From NCBI GenBank assembly GCA_023515795.1, contig JALGPX010000064.1:47358-67357 (forward strand): a stretch of DNA of 20,000 nucleotides, in the 5' to 3' direction. This DNA is from Amoeboaphelidium occidentale. Lineage: Eukaryota. Both the position numbers and the translations under genes were made by a program. Below are positions 11,273-19,832 of this stretch, piece by piece; position 1 is the first letter of the stretch; every line of letters begins with the position of its first letter. The notes below the pieces were generated by a model that saw nothing but the letters and a program-made list of their open reading frames with translations, was not told the DNA's origin and ran no database searches.

Positions 11273-11540
11273 TTGGTCAGTTGTTTCCTACAAAAAGAAG
11301 CGACTTGGAATCGCTCTTTAAGCTTTCGCACAGTTACGTTACGGTATGACATTTAAAATTAAGATTTCACATTTAAGTGTCTTTCAGAGGGAATATCAAC
11401 CGCTTTAAAATGCTATTAAAAGGTCCCACATTAGAAGTATAGAGGCGAAACACTGAAAGCTTTTTGCTCGAGAATGCGCCACAAAAAGAACCGAAAATTG
11501 ACAACGATTTTTTCCTTTTATAAAAATTTAGAGTCGAATT

Positions 11541-12455
11541 ATGGATAGCTCAAACCCATTTTCTATCCTCGCTGAACAGGATGAACCAAAGATTGCTGCT
11601 GCACCAAAGAAGCAGCCAGCCAAGACACAAGCGGCTTCTATCCCTGGTGCTGCTGCTCCATCAAAGTCTTCCGCTGCACAGAATGGAAAACAAGCTGGAA
11701 AGCCTCAGAAGTCTTCTGCTGCTCCTGTTGATAAGAAAGTCGAAGGTTTTTATAAGCGCGTTTATTGAGTTTAACATTCAGGTTCCGATCAACCTATTGC
11801 TAATGGACATCACGAACATCGTCCTCACCACGGGCCAAGGAGAGGCCAAAAAGGATGGCACGGAAGAGGCCGCACATTCGACCGTCACTCTGCTATGCCA
11901 AAGGACTCTGAGCGCAAAGCTAACGCTGGATGGGGAACTGGAGAGGCTCCAACTGATGCTGAGGGCGTTACTGAGACTGAAATTACTCCAACTGGCGCTG
12001 AAGGAGAGAACGTTGAAGTTGCACCAGAAGTTCAGGAAGAACCTGAAGCACCTGTAAAGACTTTGGAGGAGTACTTGGCTGAGAAGGCTGCAGCTAAGTC
12101 GAACATCACCAGACAAGTTCGCAAGGTTGATGGCAGTCAGTACACAGACGTTGTTAGAATTAAGAAAGACGAAGAAGATGAAGCTCTATTTCCAGGTGTT
12201 GCAACTGCAAGCAAAGAAGACGGTAACAAGAAGAAGAAGGATCCTAAGAAGACTATTTTGGAAATTGACGCACAGTTCCAGCAGGTTCGTGTAAGTGGTA
12301 GAGGAAGAGGTGGCAGAGGTAGAGGTGGTGATCGTGGACGCGGTCGTGGTCGTGGTGAATCGCGTGGTGGTTCTCGTGGTGGTAGAGGTGCAGGTCGTGG
12401 TAATGCTAGAATACCTGATGTAAAAGATGTCAATTCATTCCCTGTTTTGGCATAA
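11541..12455 (+). CDS. STM1: Stm1/SERBP1 (HABP4/PAI-RBP1) family ribosome-binding RGG protein; intron 11746-11781
   Basis: N-terminal SNPFSIL. Spliced RGRTFDRHS..GWG motif, KTLEEY, RGG box and C-terminal SFPVLA. Confidence 0.88.
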
Positions 12456-12529
12456 GTACTTAAAACAAAATAAAAGGTAAAATTTAAGTTCCTTAACGGA
12501 AGAATAAGATTTAATGAGAGATCGTGGAC

Positions 12530-13777
12530 TTAGCTACGCAAGAATTCCAAGCCCTCAAAATCGTGCACGGAAACTATTTCAGCCAATGCTTGCACTTTCT
12601 GTTTGCTTAGAACAACCTTCAAGCGCCCATAATTCGGCTTGAATGATAAGAAAGATCGTTTCTTCTTTGCTTCTGTTAAAACTGCCACAATGTGATCTTT
12701 CGTAAAACTATTCTGAAGAACATATTCCAATATAACTGTGTAACAATCATTTGATTCTCCATCAGGTCCAATAGTTTCAACTTGTAAGAATCCTTCATAT
12801 TTCACGAGAAGCTGTCTGAAGTTTTTCAAATTGCGTTCATTCAAAGATAAGCCAACTGCGACTGCCGTAAGTTCCTCTGAGCCTATGTTACATGCTTTCC
12901 TTGTAAATTCAATGATAGTAACAATTTGATCCCAGTCATCAATGACTTGCGACACTCGATGTAGGAGAAAGATGTAATACTGATCTTTCGACGCTTTATA
13001 TGGCTCTCCTGGTTTATACTGGCGCAAGAGAATGCCCAAAGCATCAGACGGTGTTCTAGCTTCAAACAGTTTCCTTAAGAAATCCCCAGCAGACTTATTA
13101 TCCAGAAGCATATTCTTTAAGCTATTTAAAGCGCCTAAATCAGCAATGAAGAATGAAACCATTTGAATAAGATAGTCATACAGATCATTACAGCCAGAAG
13201 TCAAAGCGTTGTAGATTCTCCTTTTGAGTCTTCGGGCCAATGGATAATTTTTAAAATATTGGTGCTTGTATGGATTAGAGCTTTCATACAACCCTGTGCG
13301 TACCAGCTGGGCGAATTCTTGAGCAGAAGGAACATTGTTCACCTTGACACACCAATTCGCCAATTCAAAGTTACACTCCGCCTTTGCGTCTACTCTGAGC
13401 ACACTGGGATAATTGACATTCCACTTGTCAATAATTGCCTTATTTCTGTCGAGCATCGCCTTGATGGCATCATTGAACTTCATACTTGTCGCAGTATCTA
13501 TCAAACTGCAATAGAACTCACATTCCCAACCGCAACCATTTCCCAATAAACCGTCTATCAATAGCCCAAGTAGCTTTGGGTTCAGCTCTTCATGATAGTA
13601 ATTTTGAATATCGTTATGCTTCATTATCAATCCTTTTCGTTGGTACCATACCATGACCCAATAGATTTCGTATAAGAACTTGAACTTTCTTGATCTTATC
13701 CTTAGTAAGTTCAAATGATCATTACGGTCAAGTAAAAAGCAGATCTCTTGAAGAAGTTCCTGGGGGAGGGATTCCAT
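12530..13777 (-). CDS. Hypothetical 415-aa protein with N-terminal F-box-like motif
   Basis: Uninterrupted ORF. MESLPQELLQEICFLLD..DHLNL fits the F-box consensus LPxELLxxIxxxL. The rest is not recognised. Confidence 0.65.
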   Translation of the reverse strand: MESLPQELLQEICFLLDRNDHLNLLRIRSRKFKFLYEIYWVMVWYQRKGLIMKHNDIQNYYHEELNPKLLGLLIDGLLGNGCGWECEFYCSLIDTATSMKFNDAIKAMLDRNKAIIDKWNVNYPSVLRVDAKAECNFELANWCVKVNNVPSAQEFAQLVRTGLYESSNPYKHQYFKNYPLARRLKRRIYNALTSGCNDLYDYLIQMVSFFIADLGALNSLKNMLLDNKSAGDFLRKLFEARTPSDALGILLRQYKPGEPYKASKDQYYIFLLHRVSQVIDDWDQIVTIIEFTRKACNIGSEELTAVAVGLSLNERNLKNFRQLLVKYEGFLQVETIGPDGESNDCYTVILEYVLQNSFTKDHIVAVLTEAKKKRSFLSFKPNYGRLKVVLSKQKVQALAEIVSVHDFEGLEFLRS

Positions 13778-13849
13778 GGCTCTGTTCCGCTAGCTTTTGC
13801 TCAAGTTTTGAAAGTGTCAAGAAGATTCAAGATTGAAGAAAAGCACAAT

Positions 13850-15043
13850 ATGACTGTGACTCAAATTCAAAGCAGCGAAAAGATATCATGCGCGTTATTT
13901 ATGGCTAAGAAGAGGAGGAATTGTAAAATGCAACCTTTTCGCGGTGGAATGTATTGCGTTCAGCATTTAAATGCGAATGATGCCGAAAGCTCGGAAAACG
14001 ATCAAGCTAAGCGGATACCATGCCCTTTCGATTCTAATCACACCGTGTTCGAGGATCAATTAGAAAAGCATATGAAAAAATGCAATTCGAAGCCTCCCTC
14101 GGAGTACCCATTGTATTTTAAAAAGAATGTTAACGTGATATTGAAGGATCATGAAGAACAAGACGTAATACCACTGAAAGATCTTCCTTGCGAGGCAGTG
14201 GAGCAGTTTTTAAAGAAGATAGAACGGATATATGATCAAATTAAAGTTGATATAGTCGATAGAATAGGATCTTATGAAGGGCTGAACTTCACCTCCGAAA
14301 GACAAGTAAAGCACGCTGCGCAAATATCATCGATCATATCTCTATTGCACCTCAATGATCTTTTAATACCTTCTGAGGAGACAAGCTTTATTGAATTTGG
14401 TTCAGGCAGAGGAGAATTATCATTTTACGTACATCAAGCAGCTAGCGATCATATGGCTGCGACAAACTCTAGCATCATACTAATAGACCGCTCGAGGGTC
14501 AAGCATAAGTTCGATAATCATATACCGAACTGTAAAAAAATCTATATTGATATCAAGGACTTCAGTTTGAGTGATTACACAGAGAAAGAAGTTGTAGCAT
14601 ACAGCAAGCATCTTTGTGGTTCTGCTTCAGATTTATCAATAATGGCACTTCTAGGTAGCAACTCAAAAAGTTATGATCATTTCAAAGGAGCTGTTATCGC
14701 GCTCTGTTGTCACCATAAATGCTCATTCAATACGTTCTGCAACCAAGATATGTTACAAAGGTTTAATATTTCTCCTGAAGAATTTAAATACATGTCTGCT
14801 TGTGCTCCGTGGTACACAAATGGCATGCGAGATGGATTATCACCAGAAGATGGAGCATTGAACCATTACACGAAAATTAGTTTGGGTGCTCGTTTTGAGT
14901 TTGGTTATAAATGCAAAAGGATTCTTGACAATTTCAGAATGAAACTCCTTCAAGCAAAAGGATTTGATGCTACTTTAGTGAAATATTGCACACCTGAAAC
15001 TTCGCTAGAAAATGTTTGTCTCATCGTAAAGCGTAAATCGTGA
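13850..15043 (+). CDS. TRM13: tRNA position-4 2'-O-methyltransferase Trm13
   Basis: CCCH finger (CALFMAKKRRNC..YCVQH), CHHC finger (RIPCPFDSNHTV..LEKHMKKC), IEFGSGRGELS, SKHLCGSASD, IALCCHH and SLENV. First ATG at 13850. Confidence 0.94.
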   Translation: MTVTQIQSSEKISCALFMAKKRRNCKMQPFRGGMYCVQHLNANDAESSENDQAKRIPCPFDSNHTVFEDQLEKHMKKCNSKPPSEYPLYFKKNVNVILKDHEEQDVIPLKDLPCEAVEQFLKKIERIYDQIKVDIVDRIGSYEGLNFTSERQVKHAAQISSIISLLHLNDLLIPSEETSFIEFGSGRGELSFYVHQAASDHMAATNSSIILIDRSRVKHKFDNHIPNCKKIYIDIKDFSLSDYTEKEVVAYSKHLCGSASDLSIMALLGSNSKSYDHFKGAVIALCCHHKCSFNTFCNQDMLQRFNISPEEFKYMSACAPWYTNGMRDGLSPEDGALNHYTKISLGARFEFGYKCKRILDNFRMKLLQAKGFDATLVKYCTPETSLENVCLIVKRKS

Positions 15044-15057
15044 TAAGTTTTCTAAAG

Positions 15058-16885
15058 ATGATGAATGCTTCTGCTTCACGAATAAAGCGAACGTTTTCTG
15101 TTCAACTGAGGCCCTACCAAGCAGAGTGCATCCGTGTATCTTTAGGGAAGCTGCAGCAGGGCGTCATGAGACAGGCCGTTTCTTTGCCAGGTATCTGCAT
15201 GTAATCGAATAATAATTGATAGTAAAGTTGGTAGCGGCAAGACTGTGATATTTTCTAATCTGGTTTCTCAAATACCCACCCCTACACTTAAGCCTAATGC
15301 GCATAAATGTCTGATATTGGCGCACCGAGAGGAATTAATACAGCAAGCTTACAATCATTTATGGAAGCATAATCAGGATAAGAGAATCGCACTGGAGCAG
15401 GGCACTAAGAGAGCAATAGTTGACGATGCAGATATCATCGTTGCCAGTGTACCGACACTCGGAAGGAAGGGTTCTTCGCGCTTACTTAAGTACGACCCTT
15501 CAAAGTTTAAAGCGATCATTGTCGACGAAGCGCACCACGCTGTTTCAGATTCTTACAAGCGTATATTTTCACATTTTGGTTTAATGAACGATGCAGCTGT
15601 AAGAAACGATCATACTCTACTATGGGGATGTTCCGCTACATTGTTGAGACACGATGAGAGACATTTGGCTGAAATTTTCGATGAGATTATTTATCATTTG
15701 GACTTGAAGGATATGATAGCGCAGAGTTATTTATCGGAATTCAAAGTGCACACTGTCAAAACTCAAATCAGCTTTGTTGATAAAGTGAAACGCAAGAATG
15801 GCGATTATGATGCAGAAACTTTAAACAAGGCTGTCAATACTCTAGAACGTAACTTGATGGTGGTAAAAGTTTATAAAGACATGGTAGAAAAGTATGATTT
15901 GAAGTCTACTTTAGTTTTTGCGGTGAATGTTGATCATGTTCAAAAGCTTGTTCATACATTTCGAGAACAGGATATTGCTGCGATCGGCTTAACGAGCGAT
16001 ACAGCGCGAGCTAAAAGGTTTCAAGCCATCAGGGATTTTAGAGAAGGAAAAGTTCCTGTTTTGGTCAATTGTGGAATATTGTGTGAAGGGACTGATATTC
16101 CGAACATCGATTCTTTAATTATGGCCCGACCAACGCTAAGTCCTATTCTTTATCAACAAATGCTAGGTCGTGGTTCAAGGCTCTCTCCTGGAAAAGATAA
16201 ATGTCATGTGATTGATTTCGTGGATAATTGCTTAACTCATCCTCCAATGAATGTTCCAGCGTTGTTTAGAGAATGCAGTAATGAAGGGGATTCAGGAAAG
16301 AACATCTCTGTAAAATTGAATAAGAAAATACCGCTACAAAAACCTGCGTACATTGAGGTTTTCCAGGATCTTGTGGAATGGCAGCTGTTTTCCGAGAAAG
16401 ACTGGCTAGGCGTGCTTGCAGATTTCAAACACAAGTCTAGACTTTCTTGGCTTATTCATTCTTGCAACAACACACAACTTAAAGAAGCAGGACTTGACCT
16501 AGGAAAGGATGGGTATTTTTATTACAAGGAGAATGAAGAAAATTTTTACTTAATCAACTTTGACTGGAAGAATAATATTTCATCCAGTGTTGCTTTTGAT
16601 ATTGGGCCAGGAGCCAGTTTTAATGCGGTTATGAAATATATGGATTCATTGGTACTATCGCGGTTTAGGGGCGCAAAAAAGCTCGTGTTAAAAAGTTTGC
16701 CATGGAAACGGGAGCTGTCTACGGAAAAACAAATTCTTTACTTAAACAGTTTGATATCCTCTTTCGGCAAACCTTTAGCTTTAGATGAAGGCGCAAAGTT
16801 AACCAAAGGAGATGTCGCAGATATGATCACATGTGCGAAGCTGATGATCATCAGAAACCAAGCTCATAAATTCTCAGTTGTATAG
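15058..16885 (+). CDS. IRC3: Mitochondrial SF2 DExH helicase Irc3; exons 15058-15190, 15228-16885
   Basis: Spliced Q motif LRPYQAECI and Walker A LPVGSGKT. Also LAHREEL, DEAHH, SAT, EGTDIPNID, QMLGRGSR and the Irc3-type C-terminus (W..STEKQ..LTKGDVADMI). Confidence 0.9.
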
Positions 16886-17040
16886 AGTACAATGGTTTCA
16901 ACAGAAGCATTGCATTCCCCAAAAACAGAGGGGAATAACATAACACATCGTTTCCGAACAATCACAAATCCTTAGTTTTACAGTTTAAATCAACGAGTCA
17001 TTGTACAATGACTCGCACAGAGCCTAATACATAGGATGCA
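16886..17040 (-). ncRNA. Candidate Fanzor omegaRNA scaffold / element right end (boundaries uncertain)
   Basis: Directly 3' of and overlapping the Fanzor stop. Perfect 22-bp palindrome 16994-17015, AUUGUU-CGGA-AACGAU hairpin 16962-16947, and AUUCCCC-9nt-GGGGAAU hairpin 16936-16914. Position matches where TnpB/Fanzor omegaRNAs are encoded. Confidence 0.45.
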
Positions 17041-17986
17041 GATTTCTTTTTAGCGGCATTTTCTAGCGCATATTCTGAGGAAGTCGATTGTCCTGATTCT
17101 TTGTCTTTGGGCTTCTTTTTCTTCTTCTCCTTCGGATTGCGCCCATTCCTGTCTTTCTTGTTCAAACCATCGTCCTGTCCACCATCATTATTATCATCAT
17201 CTGATTTATCGTCTGGAGGTTTGCACAGATACTCAGGACGTTCTCCTTTCTCCAGAATAGCAGACAACGCAGCACACATGTTGTCAGCAGCCAATATATC
17301 TCTGTGGAATACGACGTTGCACTTGGAGCATTTCTTCGCCCTCATAGACAGCGATTCTGTGAACTCATGACATCGGACACATTTCTGGGAAGTAAAGTAC
17401 TCATCTACGCCAAGAATCGTTATCCCCAAAGGCCTTGCTTTCCTCACAAAGTATTCCAAGAACGAAGTGTGAAGTGAACCAGTTGCGTCAAAGTCTCCAG
17501 TGCCAATTCCAACGTAAATCCGTTGTTTCTTCTTGACCTTCTGATGTGGTTTCAAGCCAACCATGGAAATCAAAGCATTGAAAACACGATCCATCTCTCT
17601 TTGCTTTGCACAATGATATTCAAAGGTCCTCTTCCGAATTGCATGTGAATTGTAGAAATTGGCCAAAACTGAGTATCTTTCCATCATTCTGTTGAAATAA
17701 ATAGTGATTGTTTCATCTGAATTTCTGGACAAGCCACAATTTTCCGCATCTCTCACTGGCTTATTTTCATCTTTCATTTTCGTCTTGTTCAGCCAGTTTC
17801 TGTGAAGATAATACGGTTCACCCAGGGCCTTCTTATTCACGGCTAAATTCTTCTTTGAGCCATCGGGCAGCCACGAAACAGCAACAACAGTGTACGCTTG
17901 TCCCATATCCAGTCCCATGATGATATCCTTTCCTTTTATATATGCGCGATCTCTTGAAACAACTGGTGGAGGTGGATTCTTCTTAA
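16998..17986 (-). CDS. Fanzor (TnpB-like RuvC nuclease), C-terminal part, variant 1, catalytically intact (fragment A)
   Basis: RuvC-I IMGLDMG (D at 17909-17907). Gly at the canonical RuvC-II site (YVGIGTGDF) with relocated Glu in GVDEYFTSQKC (17402-17400). Zn finger CVRC..CSKC. RuvC-III HRDILAADNM (D at 17300-17298), then RPEYL. Frame is open up to the N at 17987. Confidence 0.9.
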
Positions 17987-17987
17987 N

Positions 17988-18564
17988 GCCCTCATAGACA
18001 GCGATTCTGTGAACTCATGACATCGGACACATTTCTGGGAAGTAAAGTACTCATCTACGCCAAGAATCGTTATCCCCAAAGGCCTTGCTTTCCTCACAAA
18101 GTATTCCAAGAACGAAGTGTGAAGTGAACCAGTTGCGTCAAAGTCTCCAGTGCCAATGCCAACATAAATCCGTTGTTTCTTCTTGACCTTCTGATGTGGT
18201 TTTAAGCCAACCATGGAAATCAAAGCATTGAAAACACGATCCATCTCTCTTTGCTTTGCACAATGATATTCAAAGGTCCTCTTCCGAATTGCATGTGAAT
18301 TGAAGAAATTGGCCAAAACTGAGTATCTTTTCATCATTCTGTTGAAATAAATAGTGATTGTTTCATCTGAATTTCTGGACAAGCCACAATTCTCTGCATC
18401 TCTTACAGGCTTGTTCTCATCTTTCATCTTTGTCTTGTTCAGCCAGTTTCTGTAAAGAGTATACGGTTCACCGAGAGCCTTCTTTTTCACAGCAAGATTA
18501 TTCTTCGAGCCATTGGGCAGCCAGGAAACAGCTCCAACAGTAAAGGCCTGACCAAGATCCATAC
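17988..18564 (-). CDS. Fanzor internal fragment B, variant 2 (RuvC-I to Zn finger)
   Basis: MDLGQAFTVGAV...VDEYFTSQKCVRC..SLSMR. Aligns to 17338-17914 at offset 650. Bounded by Ns at 17987 and 18565. Confidence 0.88.
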
Positions 18565-18565
18565 N

Positions 18566-18858
18566 CTATACTTTGTATCGATAACGTGAATTGATAAACT
18601 AAAACCATCTGTTTCAAAAGAAGTATTTAAAACAAATCTTTCACCTAAATCTTTCCGGCCAATAAGTCTGTACTTTCTGTACTTTTTGCTCTTCAAACCA
18701 AAAATCAGTTGTAGCAACTCGCCTGTTCTGTCCCTTTTCATCAGAGGACCATCTTTTTTAGGATCGAGAAAATCCTTAAACCATAGCCTGGAGTCTCTAG
18801 TACCTGTAATGCCAAGAAGACAGTCCTCCGTAAGACTTAGAGGAAACAAAGACGGCTG
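18566..18858 (-). CDS. Fanzor internal fragment C (pre-RuvC/WED region, variant 1, open frame)
   Basis: QPSLFPLSLTE...RTGELLQLIFG...SFETDGFSLSIHVIDTKY, containing the TDG motif that precedes RuvC-I in Fanzor1 proteins. Matches 19318-19610 except at 3 nt. Confidence 0.8.
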
Positions 18859-18859
18859 N

Positions 18860-19316
18860 CTGTTGAAATAAATAGTGATTGTTTCATCTGAATTTCTGGA
18901 CAAGCCACAATTCTCTGCATCTCTTACAGGCTTGTTCTCATCTTTCATCTTTGTCTTGTTCAGCCAGTTTCTGTAAAGAGTATACGGTTCACCGAGAGCC
19001 TTCTTTTTCACAGCAAGATTATTCTTCGAGCCATTGGGCAGCCAGGAAACAGCTCCAACAGTAAAGGCCTGACCAAGATCCATACCCATGATAATATCCT
19101 TGTCTTTTCTATATGCGAGGTCTCTTGAAACAACTGGTGGAGGTGGAGTGTGCTTGACTTTCCTACATCTTGTATCAATAACGTTGACTGATAGGCTGAA
19201 ACCGTCAGTAGCAAAAGAAGTCATCAAAACTAATCTCTCACCAGAATCTTTCTGACCAATTGTTCTGTACTTTCTGTACTTTTTGCTCTTCAAACCAAAA
19301 ATCAGTTGTAGCAACT
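18860..19316 (-). CDS. Fanzor internal fragment D (WED to RuvC-I, variant 2)
   Basis: LLQLIFG...SFATDGFSLSVNVIDTRC...IIMGMDLGQAF...TITIYFN. 18860-19085 appears identical to 18339-18564. This fragment physically links the TDG region to RuvC-I. Confidence 0.85.
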
Positions 19317-19317
19317 N

Positions 19318-19832
19318 CTATACTTTGTATCGATAACGTGAATTGATAAACTAAAACCATCTGTTTCAAAAGAAGTATTTAAAACAAATCTTTCACCTAA
19401 ATCTTTCTGGCCAATAAGTCTGTACTTTCTGTACTTTTTGCTCTTCAAACCAAAAATCAGTTGTAGCAACTAGCCTGTTCTGTCCCTTTTCATCAGAGGA
19501 CCATCTTTTTTAGGATCGAGAAAATCCTTAAACCATAGCCTGGAGTCTCTAATACCTGTAATGCCAAGAAGACAGTCCTCCGTAAGACTTAGAGGAAACA
19601 AAGACGGCTGATATTTTGGCATGTATTTGTATCGCTGCGAAACCGGCAGCAGATTGTTCATAGCGAAGAAAAGCCGTACAACCGAATAAGTTTCCAACTT
19701 TGAAGGGTCAAATTCTGGAATTTTTGGTTCTGGCTTTGTATCTTCAGCGTATTCGCCCAGCTTGCGCTTTCTTGAACGCAATTTCATGGATCCACTCGTA
19801 CGCGCCGGCGTTTTGGTATCACTTTCGTTCAA
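19318..19832 (-). pseudogene. Fanzor N-proximal fragment E with in-frame stop (TAG 19472-19470)
   Basis: The frame continues past the TAG as LLQLIFG..TDG..DTKY. The same codon is GAG in fragment C. Contains NLS-like KLRSRKRK. Confidence 0.75.

Noticed and set aside
11273..11540. Possible snoRNA/tRNA in the largest intergenic gap
   Set aside because: No convincing C/D or H/ACA boxes or cloverleaf; explained as a divergent promoter.
12296..12400. GGT/CGT-rich repeat
   Set aside because: It encodes the RGG box of Stm1 and is not an independent DNA repeat.
16895..16920. GGAATGCAA and GTTGAAAC strings (minus strand) reminiscent of CRISPR repeat 3' ends
   Set aside because: Short, single occurrences compatible with chance.
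1273..17370. Many short antisense or alternate-frame ORFs (e.g. 1273-1464, 6496-6741, 7576-7902, 12137-12433, 13163-13549, 17101-17370)
   Set aside because: Shadow ORFs of real genes with low-complexity translations and no recognisable motifs.
16998..19832. A genuine tandem array of several Fanzor genes
   Set aside because: Every junction is a single N and the fragments overlap out of order, which is typical of scaffolded alleles or paralogs. Tandem arrangement cannot be claimed without long reads.
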